Shown one piece after another: positions 12,131 through 25,300 of a DNA stretch of 64,000 bases. The DNA lies in NCBI RefSeq assembly GCF_009914755.1, contig NC_060947.1; one strand, 5' to 3'. Every line of letters starts with the position of its first letter. Within the stretch, counting starts at the first letter, position 1. The position numbers and the translations under genes were made by a program. The notes under the pieces were generated by a model. It made no database searches. It had not been told where the DNA came from and saw only the letters and a list, made by a program, of their open reading frames with translations. The DNA comes from the human T2T-CHM13v2.0 reference genome, Homo sapiens.

Positions 12131-13479
12131 AGCTGGATGATCTTCAAGTTCTCTCTGGGTCAGAAATCCCATGATGCCTTGGCCATCTGCAACATTACAC
12201 CGATTTTTTCAGAAGTGAATTAACTGTCCCTGCCTCAATTATCTCTCCCTCCCTCTAGCACACACACTATCAGAATACAGTCAGGCAACAAGCTTGGTTG
12301 GGCTTTGCTTACTCTCAAAGTCAAACAATGCATAGAAAACATAATTAAATCATCATCTCTGGGTGGTATGAATATGGGTAATGGATTTTTTCTTGTGGTG
12401 GCATAAAAATGTGTGTGCCTGTGTTTCTGTATTGTCTACAATCTGAATATATTTATTTACTTGATCTTATGCAAAACCCTGGAGCTTGGACAAGGTTTGG
12501 CCTCATCTACTTTATTTGATCTACTTACCTCCTCCTCCTCAGAGACTTTTTTTTCTTGGTTCCTCCTTTTTGCCTTGCATCCTCGCTTTCACAGTGCACG
12601 TTTTCAGTTTCTCCTACATCATTTTCCACCCTGCATTTGGACTCCCTTTGCCATGTTGGCTTCCAATGTGAGTTTCATAATTTAATTTCATAAATTAGTG
12701 TTTACGTCCCCTGTTCCTAGGGGACTGAACATGCCACACTGTTTCCAGTGGGTCTCCCTACAAGCTAATTCCCCGGCCAAAGGCCTCTTTTCTCCTTGCA
12801 AATAGCTTAGTAATCATGCTGTACACACCTCTAAGACTTAAGGGGTGATCCATTCCCACTTCATTAGGCCTCACAGGCTATGCTTCCCTGTGAAAAGGAT
12901 GTTCTAATAAAGAGGAGCCAAGTCCTTGAATTTGACAACCCTAGATGGTGCACCATTTGGTCTCCCAGAGGATGAAGACCCTCTAATTGAGCCTCAGATC
13001 TTGCCAAGGGATGTATCCCTCCCTTTGCTGGGTGTAATCAAACTCTATGGATAGATATTGATGACCATATCACCTTAAAAGGATCAGGACCAGAGAGGTA
13101 CAGCAAGCCCCAGACACAGTACATTGGAAGGTGGTGGAAGAATCAGGTGACAGCTATTAATAAGAATATGTTTTGTTACCTTAGGAAGAAAGGACACTAA
13201 ACAAAAGGAAAAATCTTTATTTGAGTAATTGCTCACAAGCTACACTCTACATTCCAGCAGTCAACCCAGTTTCAACCATTCTTTTCTTCAATTACCTAGT
13301 ACCTGACTCATGCCCAACTAGATTTTCCTGGTCTTTTGCTTCCTCATTAATTTGTGTCCTTGGACTATCAGATCTGACTTTTTGCAATGTCATTCTTCTG
13401 TCAATAATTCTGCATATTTTGAACTATCCAACCTTGCTGCTCCTGATTCTTAAAAGATGGTAATGAATAGATTTAAGTT

Positions 13480-13660
13480 AGGATGAAATGTTCTACCACT
13501 GATTAATTTTATGAGTCTTTGCAAATTACCTAAACTCTCTAAATCTCACTTTTTTAGCCGTTAAGTGGGAAAGATTTGCCACATAAGATCGTTGTGAACG
13601 TTAAATTATATTTATCAAATGTTTGGCACGCTATCTGCCCCATAAACAGCAATCGTTATT
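13480..13660 (+). mobile_element. MIR SINE
   Basis: tttgcaaattacctaaactctctaaatctcacttt...gttgtgaacgttaaat. Confidence 0.6.
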
Positions 13661-13669
13661 TAAATAAAA

Positions 13670-13772
13670 CAGGACTACTCTAAATGTGGTTCATGGAGCA
13701 GTGATGCTTGTTTGTTACTGGTCTGTGATGAAAAAGTACAGAAATTGAGAGTCAGCCCTTAGAAACTTTTAG
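13670..13772 (+). mobile_element. MER119-like hAT-Charlie fragment
   Basis: ctactctaaatgtggttcatgga...tgtttgttactggtctgtgatgaaaaagtacagaaattgagagt. Confidence 0.55.
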
Positions 13773-13900
13773 ATTGGAAAATTTTCTTTTTAAAAAACTG
13801 GTTCTTTCCTCACAGATACTTTGAGAAGCACCAATGTAGTTGAAACCTCAGTTGAGAAAATGTCCGACCGACCACTTAAATATATCACTACGAAAGACAT

Positions 13901-13902
<2 letters not shown>

Positions 13903-13945
<43 letters not shown>

Positions 13946-14218
13946 GAGACAGAGTCTCACTCTGTCTCCCAGGCTGGAGTGCACTGGCACAATCAGCTCA
14001 CTGCAACCTCCGCCTCCTGGGTTTAAGCGATTCTCCTGCCTCATCCTCTCAAGTATCTGGGATTATAGGCACGTGCCACCACACCCAGCTAATTTTTGTA
14101 TTTTTAGAAGAAAGGGGGTTTCACCATGTTGGCCAGGGTGGTCTTGAACTCCTGACCTCAAGTGATCCACCCGCCTTGGTCTCCCAAAGTGCTGGGATTA
14201 CAGGCGTGAGCCACTGCG
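13903..14218 (-). mobile_element. AluS (Sx/Sz-like) with a 42-nt pure poly(A) tail, slightly 5'-truncated
   Basis: Alu dimer in antisense; TSD agacattctt at 13895-13904 and 14219-14228. Confidence 0.95.
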
Positions 14219-16254
14219 AGACATTCTTAAGGATATTCAATGACTTCTCCTTTTTTTGCTGCTGATTGTCTTCATGGTATTGTCAATCCTGGAAAGCCCT
14301 CCTGTCAGACTATTACATTTGTGAAGGACCTCTTTCTCTTTTTTGCTCATCTGTTGGTGTCTGTTAAAGAAACACAAATTAACATTAACACTTGTTCAAA
14401 ACATAGCTCAGAAAATCTGTTTCAAAAGCACACGGGATGCATTCCAAAGCCAACTGGCATTTCTGGTTTGTATTACTCATGCCATTTCTCAAAGCTGTCA
14501 GGGGATAATTAAAAGTCAGAGAGGAAAATTTAATTCTTTTCATGTTAAGGTATAGTGACTGTAGTAGAAAGAAAACGTTAAAATTTTCATTGGCAGAGGA
14601 GAGGAGGGCTTGATTAAATCTAAAGAAAACAATCAATTCTAAATGTATGCTGTGGTCACTTTATCCATTAGCTTGAGGACAAGAGTGGCATTTGGAGCAC
14701 AGACTTCAAGGCATTGGCACTGGGCCATTCCTGCAGCACACAGTCCTTATGGAGACATTTAATTAGTGCATTTTGCATGAGTGCCTATAGACACAGGAGG
14801 GACACTGTGCCATCTAGCACTTTTAGGGTCAATTGATGGCTGAAGAGAAGGCCAACCTGCAAAATCATGATAAATTGTTTGAGATTAGGGACTTCATATT
14901 ACTTCCATTTTTAATACACTTCATGCCTAGAATAGGGCCTGGAACACAGTAGGCATTCAATCAAATATTTGTTGAATGAAAAAAATGAATTTCAAGGTCA
15001 CCAATTATAGAATACCTCTAGAAACATGGTTTTGTCATTGGTTTGGTCCAGGATACCTGGTTCTGCTAAATGGTAGAACCAGGATTCAAACACAAAGCTG
15101 TCTAACTCCAGAGTTCATGCTCATCCTACTACAGCCTGCTGCAGAGATGACACCAGAAACAAATGTCATGCTTTTCACATTAGAGTGGCCCTAGGATATC
15201 TAATCTAGGCCACCCACTCCCCAGATTTCACTGAGGCTGTGTTACCCCTCACTTCTCTCACTCCTCTCTAAAAAGGAATGTATAGTGGCACTTCTTAAAC
15301 TTACTACTAGGAAGATAAAGTTGGATGCTTTTACTGTGGGCAAGAAGGCTTCCATTTCTCTGTCTTCATCTATGGAATGTGTTCTGGCTTTGTCTTAAAT
15401 AACCTAAGCTAGCCCTTAGGGATACAGAAGTAGAGATTACTGTAATAGATTGAAGAATAAAGCCAAAGTGAAATTTGATTCTAAAAATTCTTTCTAGTCT
15501 TATCTTTATCTTCCCTGTTCCAACAGCTTCATGTATTATATTACCCTTGAGCTTCCTTCACTTGAATATTTGTAATACAGTAACAGAACTAACAACAGTG
15601 TTTAGTTTAAGTAAACATGATAACATTTTCCAAGAAAACGGACCACCTTTCATTGATCAGCAAAACAACCAAAAATTAGATGAGCTCTGTATTGTGCCCT
15701 GAGGCGTGGAAGACTCAGACTTTGTTATATTGAGGAAGAAAAGGACTTTCAGACTCATAAACTCAGAGTTCCTTGATTTGACATCAATAATCTAATGTAG
15801 TGGCTTCATAAAGTGGGGCTTAGGGCTTAAAGTGTTGTAAAAGTTGAGGCCAAGAGAAAAATAGGGATGAAGGCGTGGGTTAAAATGGAAAGAAATTAAC
15901 GAAGGCTGGAAAGGAAGAGAAACAAATCAAGGAATAATGAATTAAAATTTCAAATCCAGCTCCTAACTAGTGTCTCTTCCTGGATTAGATGCTATGAGAA
16001 GTGTGAAGAATGAATTTCTTTGTCATCTTTTGGATGAAATGTATCTTACACCTAAGTTAATGATTATACCTGAGTTTATAGTAAAGTGCAAAGGCATAAT
16101 AGAGCAGAAAAAATGTGTGCTAGAGGTGATTCCATTTAGAAGAGGGGAAAGTAATGTTTGCTCACAGCTAGCAAAAATAGAAGGTGACAAATAGCAAAGT
16201 GAGTTAAAATCAGAGAGAAGAGTTTAAAGATTATCTCATAGGCAGTGGTAGGCT

Positions 16255-16760
16255 TATGTGGGAAAGGGTCCTGGCAGGAAACAAGATGGACCCAATAGGG
16301 TAAATTAGAGAGGATTTATTAAAGGGACTGTATATAAAAGTTTGTGGTTAAAATTAAGGGAAGAAAACTAGGGATGGTAAAACACCCAGGGACCAACAAT
16401 AGCAGGGAGCCGTTACTGTCCTAGGTCTAAAAGCACAGGAGTAGAAAACCATCACTGAAAACTAGGAAGAGCTGTAGCGATAGAAGAGAGTCATCTTTCA
16501 GGAACTGTGGCCTTCAACAGAAGGACAAAGCCACCACCAAATTTCTGCTGAGCTGGGAGGAAGCTGGTGAAATAAATACCCCAATTTGTCTTTCCTTCTC
16601 AACTCCTGCTGGTACCTTATATTGGCTGAGCTGAATTGTAAGCCAAATGTCAATGAAGCCTAATTTTTGCAGTCCATTAACATTGGCCCCCAGAGGTATA
16701 GAGCAGGATGAAAGGTGGAGAGGGAATCTGGAGGGACAAAGGGGGAAAACAGAGTGCTCA
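16255..16760 (-). mobile_element. LTR33-family ERVL solo LTR
   Basis: gggtcctggcaggaaacaagatgg...tttattaaagggactg...gagcaggatgaaaggtggagagggaatctggagggacaaa. Confidence 0.7.
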
Positions 16761-17142
16761 GGAGTCATGGGCCCTTGGTGATGAAAAAATACCAGAAACA
16801 GAATAGACTGTAGGACATAACTGGAAAGTAAGAGTGTACCATCCTGATGCAAGGAGCTGGAACTCCATGGTGAAGGGACATATTCCTGGGGAAAATGGGT
16901 CTATTCAACAAAACAGAATAAAAAAGTCTGAAGTCCACAGTCAGATTGTTTTTGATATCCTCATGGCACAAAATATGAATTATGGCATCATTTTATTTTA
17001 ATACTTAAGTGGCTTCTGGAGACTCAAGAAAATGATTTGTCATCCATTGTTCATATCCCATTTCTCATTCTTATTAGTATCAATGCTACTTTGTAGACAA
17101 GACACTGAGAATTACATTCATCCCTCCTTTATAACACTTTGG

Positions 17143-17308
17143 TTTTTTTTTATTTATTTTTATTTTTTTATTATTATACTTTAAGTTTTAGGGTACATGT
17201 GCACAATGTGCAGGTTAGTTACATATGTATACATGTGCCATGCTGGTGCACTGCACCCACTAACTCGTCATCTAGCATTAGGTATATCTCCCAATGCTAT
17301 CCCTCCCC
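17143..17308 (-). mobile_element. Young, severely 5'-truncated L1PA2/PA3-type 3' end (about 165 bp)
   Basis: Near-identical to the L1PA 3' UTR; ctaactcgtcatc carries the GAG (non-Ta) diagnostic, so it is not L1HS-Ta. Confidence 0.9.
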
Positions 17309-18447
17309 AGAGTGTAAATAAATAGAAAAGCTTATTTTCTAACTATATGATAAAAGCCTATACAACTGGATTTGTCTAGTATTTAGCAAAAACCTGATTT
17401 AGTTTTGTAATATTATTTGGCCTTATCTTTAAGGCTTTCAAAACTCTAACAGAAATAGTTTTCCTTAAAAGGAGAAAGAGAAATGATTACTCACTTGTTT
17501 CAATCTCTTTAGTTGATTATGTTTTTGGTGTGCTAGTCAAGAAGCAAACACAATTCAATATTTTCCACAGACTTAGTCTTATATTTACATTAAATTATCT
17601 GAAGCCCCCTTTAAATTTTTTCTGACTAGAATACCTTTCCTTTGTATCAATAGAATTCTTCCCTTTATTCATATTTAGCAATTTATCTAAGTCATTTGTC
17701 ATGACTGTTAAACATGCTTAGAATTACTAAAGTTAGTAACTTAAAAGTTGAATTAGATTTTCTCTCCAGAGGCTCATATGATAATTGCTCAGCTGAAAAA
17801 TAATAGAATCTTGTTTTCTTCATTCACATATATTTTGCATGTACTATTCATCATCACTGAAAATGCATCTCTTTTTATCTATTTTCCTAAATTAATGTGA
17901 AAGTTGAAAACAAATTATAATCATCTCTTTAGAATTAAGGAGGTTATTACATAAATAGCTTCATGTGATTGTGATAATGAAAAGTATTTATTCAAGAATA
18001 ACAACTTACATTTATTGGAGTCTTTGAAGTTTATATAGCCCTACAATCCGTGTCATTGCATCCTTGCTACAACCAGGATGGTCAAGAAGAAAAGTGGTAT
18101 TATTTCCCATTCTACTAAACTGGGGCTCAGAGAGTTAATTTGTGTAAGACTGCATAGCTAGTAAGCAGAAGAGGTAGAACTTTAATATATATCTTCTGAA
18201 TGTTCCAATTAATACCATGTGCCATAGCCGCACAGGCCTGTAAGAGGATAAGTGGGTTTATGAAAGATATACATGTTTTTTGAAAAGCACTGTTGATGGA
18301 GATTCCACCCATTTCTTTGCTAGTACAGCCATCAACCATTTGGCAAGAATTCCTACCATTTATGTATTTTAGAATTATGGCCCCTATATGGCTGTCCAGA
18401 AAGGAGATGGAGATATGCTGGTTTGTCATATTTTAGAAAATGAAGCT

Positions 18448-20695
18448 GATATCCCTTTATGATTAAAACCCTCAGCAAAACAAGCATAGAAGGGACATAC
18501 CTTAAGGTAATAAAAGCCATCTATGACAAATCCACAGCCATCATAATACTGAATGGGGAAAAGTTGAAAGCATTTCCCCTGAAAACTAGAACAAGACAAA
18601 GATGCCCACTTTCACCACTTCTATTCAACATAGTACTGAAATTCCTAGCCAGAGCAATCAGACAAGAGATAGAAATAAAGGGCATCCAAATCAGTAAAGA
18701 GGAAGTCAAAGTGTCACTGTTTGCTGATGATATGATCATATACCTAGAAAACCCTGAAGACTTCTTCAAAAAACTCCTAGAACTGAAATATGAATTCAGC
18801 AAAGTTTCAGGATACAAAATTAATGTACACAAATCAGTAACTCTGCTATACACCAACAGTGAACAAGCTGAGAATCAAATCAGTAACTCAACCCTTTTTA
18901 CAGTAGCTGCAAAAAAAACTTAGGAATATACCTAACCAAGGAGGTGAAAGACCTCTACAAGGAAAACTACAAAACGCTGCTGAAAGAAATCATAGATGAC
19001 ACAAACAAATGGAAACACATCCCACGTTCATGAATGGGTAGAATCAATATTGTGAAAATGACCATACTACCAAAAGCAATGTACACATTCAATGCAATTC
19101 CCATAAAAATACCACCATCATTCTCAGAACAGAACTAGAAAAAAAAATCCTAAAATTCATATGGAACCAAGAAAGAGCCTGCATAGTCAAAGAAAGACTA
19201 AGCCAAAAGAGCAGATCTAGAGGCATCACATTATGTGACTTCAAACTATACTATAAGGCCATAGTCACCAAAACAGTATGGCACTGGTCTAAAACTAGGC
19301 ACATAGACCAATGCAACAGAATAGAGAACCCAGAAATAAAGCTAAATATAGCCAACTGATCTTCAACAAAGCAAATAAAAACATAAAGTGGGGGAAAGAA
19401 CGCCTGCCCTATTCAACAAATGGTGCTGGGATAATTGGCAAGCCACATGTAGAAGAATGAAATTGGATCCTCATCTCTCAACTTATACAAAAATCAACTC
19501 AAGATGGATCAAAGACTTAAATCTAAGACCCGAAACCATAAAAACTCTAGAAGATAACATCAGAAAAACCCTTCTAGACATTGGCTTAGGCAAAGACTTC
19601 ATGACCAAGAACCCAAAAGCAAATGCAACAAAAACAAAGATAAATAGATGGGACTTAATTAAACTAAAAAGCTTCTGCACAGCAAAATAATCAGCAGAGT
19701 AAACAGACAACCCACAGAGTGAGAGAAAATCTTTGCAATGTATACATCTGATAAAGGATTAATATTCAGAATGCACAAGGAACTAAAACAAATTAGCATA
19801 AAAAAACCGAACAATCCCATCAAAAAGTGGGCTAAGAACATGAATAGACAATTCTCAAAAGAAGATATACAAATGGCCAACAACCATATGAAAAAATGCT
19901 CAACATCACTAATGATCAGGGAAATTAAAATCAAAAACACAATGCAATACCACCTTACTCCTGCAAGAATGGCCATAATCAAAAAATCAAAAAATAATAG
20001 ATGTTGGCATGGATGTGGTGAAAAGGGAACCCTTATACACTGCTGGTGGGAATTTAAACTGATACAACCACTATGGAAAACAGTGTGGAGATTCCCTAAG
20101 GAACAAAAAGTAGAATTACCATTTGATCCAGCAATCCCCTTACTGGGCATCTACCCAGAGGAAAAAAAAGTTATTATACAAAAAGGATACTTGCCCATGC
20201 ATGTTTATAGCAGCACAATTTGCAGTTTCAAAAATATGGAAGCTGCTCAAATGCCCATCAGTAAATGAGTAGATAAATTGTGGTATATATATACACCATG
20301 GAATACTACTCAGCACAAAATAATGGCATTTGCAGCAACCTGGATGGAGTTGGAGACCATTATTTTAAATGAATTAACTCAGGAATGGAAAACCAAACAT
20401 CATATGTTCTCACTCATAAGTGGGAGCTAAGCTATGAGGATGCAAAGGCTTAAGAATAATACAGTGGACTTTGGGGACTCGGGGGAAAGGGTGGGAGGGG
20501 GTGAGGGCAAAAAAGACTACAAATTGGTACAGTATATACTGCTTGGGTGACGGGTGCACCAAATCTCAGAAATCACCACTAAAGAACCGATGTAACCAAA
20601 CACCTCCTGTTCCCCAAAAAAACCTATGGAAATAAAAAATAAGTTTTTTTAAAAAAAGAAAAGAGAAAGAAACATTAAAGGCACAAAAAAGAAAA
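18448..20695 (+). mobile_element. 5'-truncated L1PB1 with frameshifted ORF2 (RT to C-terminal part) and 3' UTR
   Basis: ORFs 18459-18923 ([16 protein letters not shown] motif), 19388-19690 and 19738-20268 are L1 ORF2p pieces; L1PB-type 3' UTR; degenerate TSD agaaaatgaagct (18435-18447) / aggaaatggagct (20696-20708). Confidence 0.93.
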
Positions 20696-21099
20696 AGGAA
20701 ATGGAGCTTAAATTGCTGAAGACAACATTTAAATTGTCATTTAACATTCTCATATAAGGTAAAATAATTCCAGTATCTTGGACTCTGAGAACCTGTTTCT
20801 CTATTTGGCAACACCTTTTTAAAGTGGTAGAGAGTTTTGGAGTAGGATTAATACCAGGCAAGCCTTGGGTTAGGGAGAAAAGCCAGAGAAAGAAAGATTC
20901 TTTAATTCTCCAGTTAAAAATGTTAATTCTGGTCAACAATTTTTTTTAGCATTTGAAAACTTCTCAGGAGGCCCCTTCAACTTTTTACTCCCTTTATTTT
21001 TCTCTCTACTTGTCTTCATCTTCCTTGGTTTTTCTTTCTGCTTTATTCCAGTGTGGTGTCATAGTATAGTTTTAATCAGATTAATCTGTGTACAATCCT

Positions 21100-22700
21100 T
21101 GCCTTTCCTAATAAAATCTCATTTTTTGCCTTAAAACCCATTAATATGCTATATACTGTTTATATTTACCCATTTGTATAGCAATTTCTATGTTTACCAC
21201 TTTTTTTTGCATCTTATACTTTCATCTTGAGAGCATTTTTCTTCTTCCTGAAATAGTCTTTTACTCTTATTTTATTTTTCTTTTATTCCCTTCCTCGAGT
21301 TCTAATGGTAGCAAGAATTTCAGTTTTGTCTGTTAAGTATATTTATTTCACTCGTGTTTTGTTTTTTAAAATAACTTTGCAGATATATAATCCTATGTTG
21401 GCAGTTACCTTCCCTGAGTATATGAAGTCATTTCACTGTCTTCTTGTCCTGTTATTATTGCTGATAATTCAGCCATTCAACTGTCACCTAGTAATTTTAA
21501 AAAATCTATTTCCAACTGATCTGAAGGTTTTTTCTTTGTCTTTAGCTTTTAAGTTTCACGTTCAGTACAATGTATTTAGGTGTGGATATTCAGAATTTTT
21601 CCTGAATTTCATTGGAATTCCTAATCCTGATGATCCCAGTTTTTTTAAATCAATTTTGAAAAATTTTAGCCATTGCCTCTTTAAAAATCAATTCTGCTGT
21701 TATTTCTTTGAATCACCCACTTGATACGTGTTAGATCTTGTCTTTCTATCCCCGGTGTTTCTTAACTTCTCTTTGATGTTTCCAAATTATTTGTCTCTGT
21801 CTGCTATTTTCTGAATAGAACTTTTGGTCTATCTTCCAAGTCAATACTTATAAGTTAAATCTAATATTATTTTAAATAGTTAGACTTCTAAATGTTAATT
21901 ATTATGCTTTTCATTTCTAGATATTCTATTTGGTTATTTTTGAGTCACTTGTTTCTTACTCATTCTTTGCCTTTGTAATTGTTAGACATATTTAATACAT
22001 GTATTAAAAATTCTCCTGGCTCTTACTCATGAGGTCCTTGTTATGCCATGTGTCTTGAGATTTGTGTTTGCAAATCATATCCATTAGAACTTTAGCTGAA
22101 GAAAAACCTTGAGATGTGTGTTGAAATTTGTTTCCCCCAACTGAATTTTCATTGCTTCTATCAGAGATACTTGGGATCACCAACTTAAAATAACTTTAAA
22201 TAAATTTTTGGTTTGAGGTGTTTGGATCATAGAGTTACTACTAATTATAGTCACAAACCTACATGATGTTTTCCCTTGTTCACAAACTCTCAGAGGCTTT
22301 TAAGTTCCATTTAGAGTCAAGTTTTGAATATGCATGTTTCCTGCTATCCCTCCTTTTGTATAGCACACTTCATGGCTCATATAGTAGAGGGTCTTCAAAT
22401 AGATTATCCACCTTACCTTGGCTCTAGCGTTTCTCTATTATCCCCTCCCTCCCACACCAATGTGCATTAAAACTAAAGTCATAGGTGTCTGGGATCAAAA
22501 GGTACTCTAAGCTAATCTGTCTTTAGCATTTAAATTTTACTCTAAATCTATGCTTTCTTGTTTTGGACCTCTGAGAATTTTTCTTCATGGCCAATTCACC
22601 TTTGTTTTTAAAAACATACATTTTATCCATAAAATTTAGATGTTTTGTAGTGAGAGGTTTTTCAATCTATTTAATCTTATTTCTTGCTTGAATTAGATGA
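21100..22700 (-). mobile_element. Ancient L1M (L1ME-like) ORF1/5' region remnant
   Basis: T-rich degenerate antisense L1 motifs (ttttcttcttcctgaa, tcatttcactgtcttct, ttttgaaaaattttagccattgcctcttt). Confidence 0.55.
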
Positions 22701-22752
22701 TGTCATAGAACTCTCTCTGCAAATATTAATACTAGCCATCCCTTTACCTAAC

Positions 22753-23306
22753 TGTTGTAACTAATCTTCAGAGATGATGCCCCAGTGAACCGTACCTTCT
22801 GGAATTCACACCCTAGAGAAGTCTCCTCCTATGTTGAAACTGAGCCGGCCATACATAACTAGTAAAATGCAAGAAACTGTGACATTACATGACTCCCAAG
22901 GCTAGGTCATATGAAGCCTTGTAGCAGCATCTTCCTTGTTTTTTTGGAATGCTCACTGTTGGGATGTACCTTCTTGTACCCAGGCACCATGGCATAAGGA
23001 GCCCAACCTCCAGAAAGAGGCCACATGTAGGTCCTCTTGTAACTGTCCCAGGTGAACTCCTATTCAGTATCCAACAGCCAGTACCAAATACCAGTCATAT
23101 AAGCAAGCCATCTTGGAAGTTTGGTCCAGTTGAACCTTCAGATGACTCAAGCCTCAGCTTCCATGTAACAGCTAGAGAGATTCCAAACAAGAATCTCTGG
23201 ATGAACCCACTCAATCTACTGGATCATGAAAGATATTAACAAATTATTGCTTTAAGCCAGTAAGTTTTTGGATAGTTTATTACACAACCATACATTACCA
23301 GATCAA
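22753..23306 (+). mobile_element. MLT1H-like MaLR solo LTR
   Basis: aagatgatgcccc-like start, gactcccaaggctaggtcata, ttgctttaagccagtaagtttt...tttattacacaaccata end. Confidence 0.7.
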
Positions 23307-23557
23307 CAGTCAAGATGTTTTGAATTAGTAGCCCTTGTATCTCTTTGCAAATCTGTAGTCTAACATGCTATGTTGATATTATAAGGCATTTTAATTTTCA
23401 AACTCTTTGAACAAGAGCACCTAATTTTTGCATCATATATAATCTATGCACATCAATTAACAACTATGAGTATATGAAGATAGATAACTAATAGAGATAC
23501 TATTTACTCTAGGTATTAATTATTTAAATATGTGCCATTTTAAAAACATTAGAAGAT

Positions 23558-23931
23558 TGTATTAGTCCATTCTCATGCTGCTATAAAGAACTGCCCAAGA
23601 CTGGGTAATTTATAAAGGAAAGAGGTTTAGTTGACTCACAGTTATGCATGGCTGGGGAAGCCTCAGGAAACTTACAATCATGGCAGAAGGGGAAGCAAAC
23701 ATGTCTTTCTTCACATGGTGGCAGAAGAGAGACTGAGTGCCAAGCAAAGAGGGGAAAGCCCCCTATAAAACCATCAGATCTTGTGAGAACTCACTATCAT
23801 GAGTGAGCATGGGGTAATAACCACCTTCGTGATTGAATTACCTCCCACCGGGTGCCTCCCATGACATGTGGGGATTATGGGAACTACCATTCAAGATGAG
23901 ATTTGGGTGGGGACACAGCCAAACCATATCA
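23558..23931 (-). mobile_element. THE1C-like MaLR solo LTR
   Basis: TG...CA ends and a perfect 5-bp TSD AAGAT (23553-23557, 23932-23936); THE1 body. Confidence 0.93.
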
Positions 23932-24873
23932 AAGATCATATAAGAACACATCTTCATAATCTCAGTATTGAAAAATATTTCTATTCTAAGATAAAAACAG
24001 TAAAAACCATAAGGAAAAAGATGAATAAATGTTACCAAGATAAAAACAATAAAAACCATAAGGGGAAAGATTAACAAATGTTACCAATAATATTTTATTT
24101 ATAAAGTTTATAAATTTATTAATATTTGATTTATAAAATTTATTTTAATAATATGATCAAGAAAGTGAAAAGCCACAAACCAGGAAATATTTGTAAGACA
24201 TAAACTGGCAAAGCATTGTTATAAAATAGTCTTTATACATATAGAAGACAAAGGAAACAACTTAATTGAATAGTTTTCAAAAAAATTAACAGGTATTTCA
24301 CAGATGGAACACAAATGGTCAGTAAACATATTGAAATGGTACTGAACCCTTAGTAATCAGATAAATGTACAACAAAATCACAGTGAGATACTATTTAACA
24401 TTGTCCAGGTTGGCAAAAATTAAAGTCTGAAGAGGCCAAGTGTTGGTAAAGATATAAAATTATATCTTTTTTACTTAGTTATAACCTTTTTACATTATGG
24501 CAAGAGCATAAATTTTATAACACTTCAGAAAACAACTTGGCATCCTCTAATAAAATGGAAGCTGTGCATATATTAGGACCCAATGGTTCTTCCTCTAAAT
24601 ATGCATGCTAGAGAAACTTTGCACATGTACAACAGAAGAAATGTATAAGAATATTATGCAGCATTATTATAGCAAAAAACACACAAAACTGGAAATGATC
24701 CAAAGCCCATCAGCAGTGAAACAGATAAAGAAATTGTGTAATGTTCAAAGGATGGAGAAATACAGCATGAAAAGGAATGAATCCTTGATATGTACAATTA
24801 CATAATATTGACCTAAATCACAGAATACATTCTCATTCAATTTATGTACTGTCTAAAACATGAGAAATTAAAC

Positions 24874-24905
24874 TGTGTGTGTGTGTATGTGTGTGTGTGT
24901 GTGTG
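24874..24905. repeat. (TG)n microsatellite
   Basis: Directly visible. Confidence 0.9.
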
Positions 24906-24960
24906 AAAACAAAATGCTAAGAAAATTTTTCAGTATGAAAGCTGACATAAGACATCAGGT

Positions 24961-25300
<340 letters not shown>

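Noticed and set aside
12700-13150. Possible MaLR/ERVL internal fragment
   Set aside because: Resemblance too weak to assign by eye; needs a Dfam search.
13790-14265. Poly-F/poly-K ORFs (also at 25021-25458 and 63316-63555)
   Set aside because: Translations of Alu sequence and its tail.
18459-20268. Longest ORFs, with a reverse-transcriptase motif
   Set aside because: Frameshifted L1PB1 ORF2 fragments; neither a novel RT system nor a host gene.
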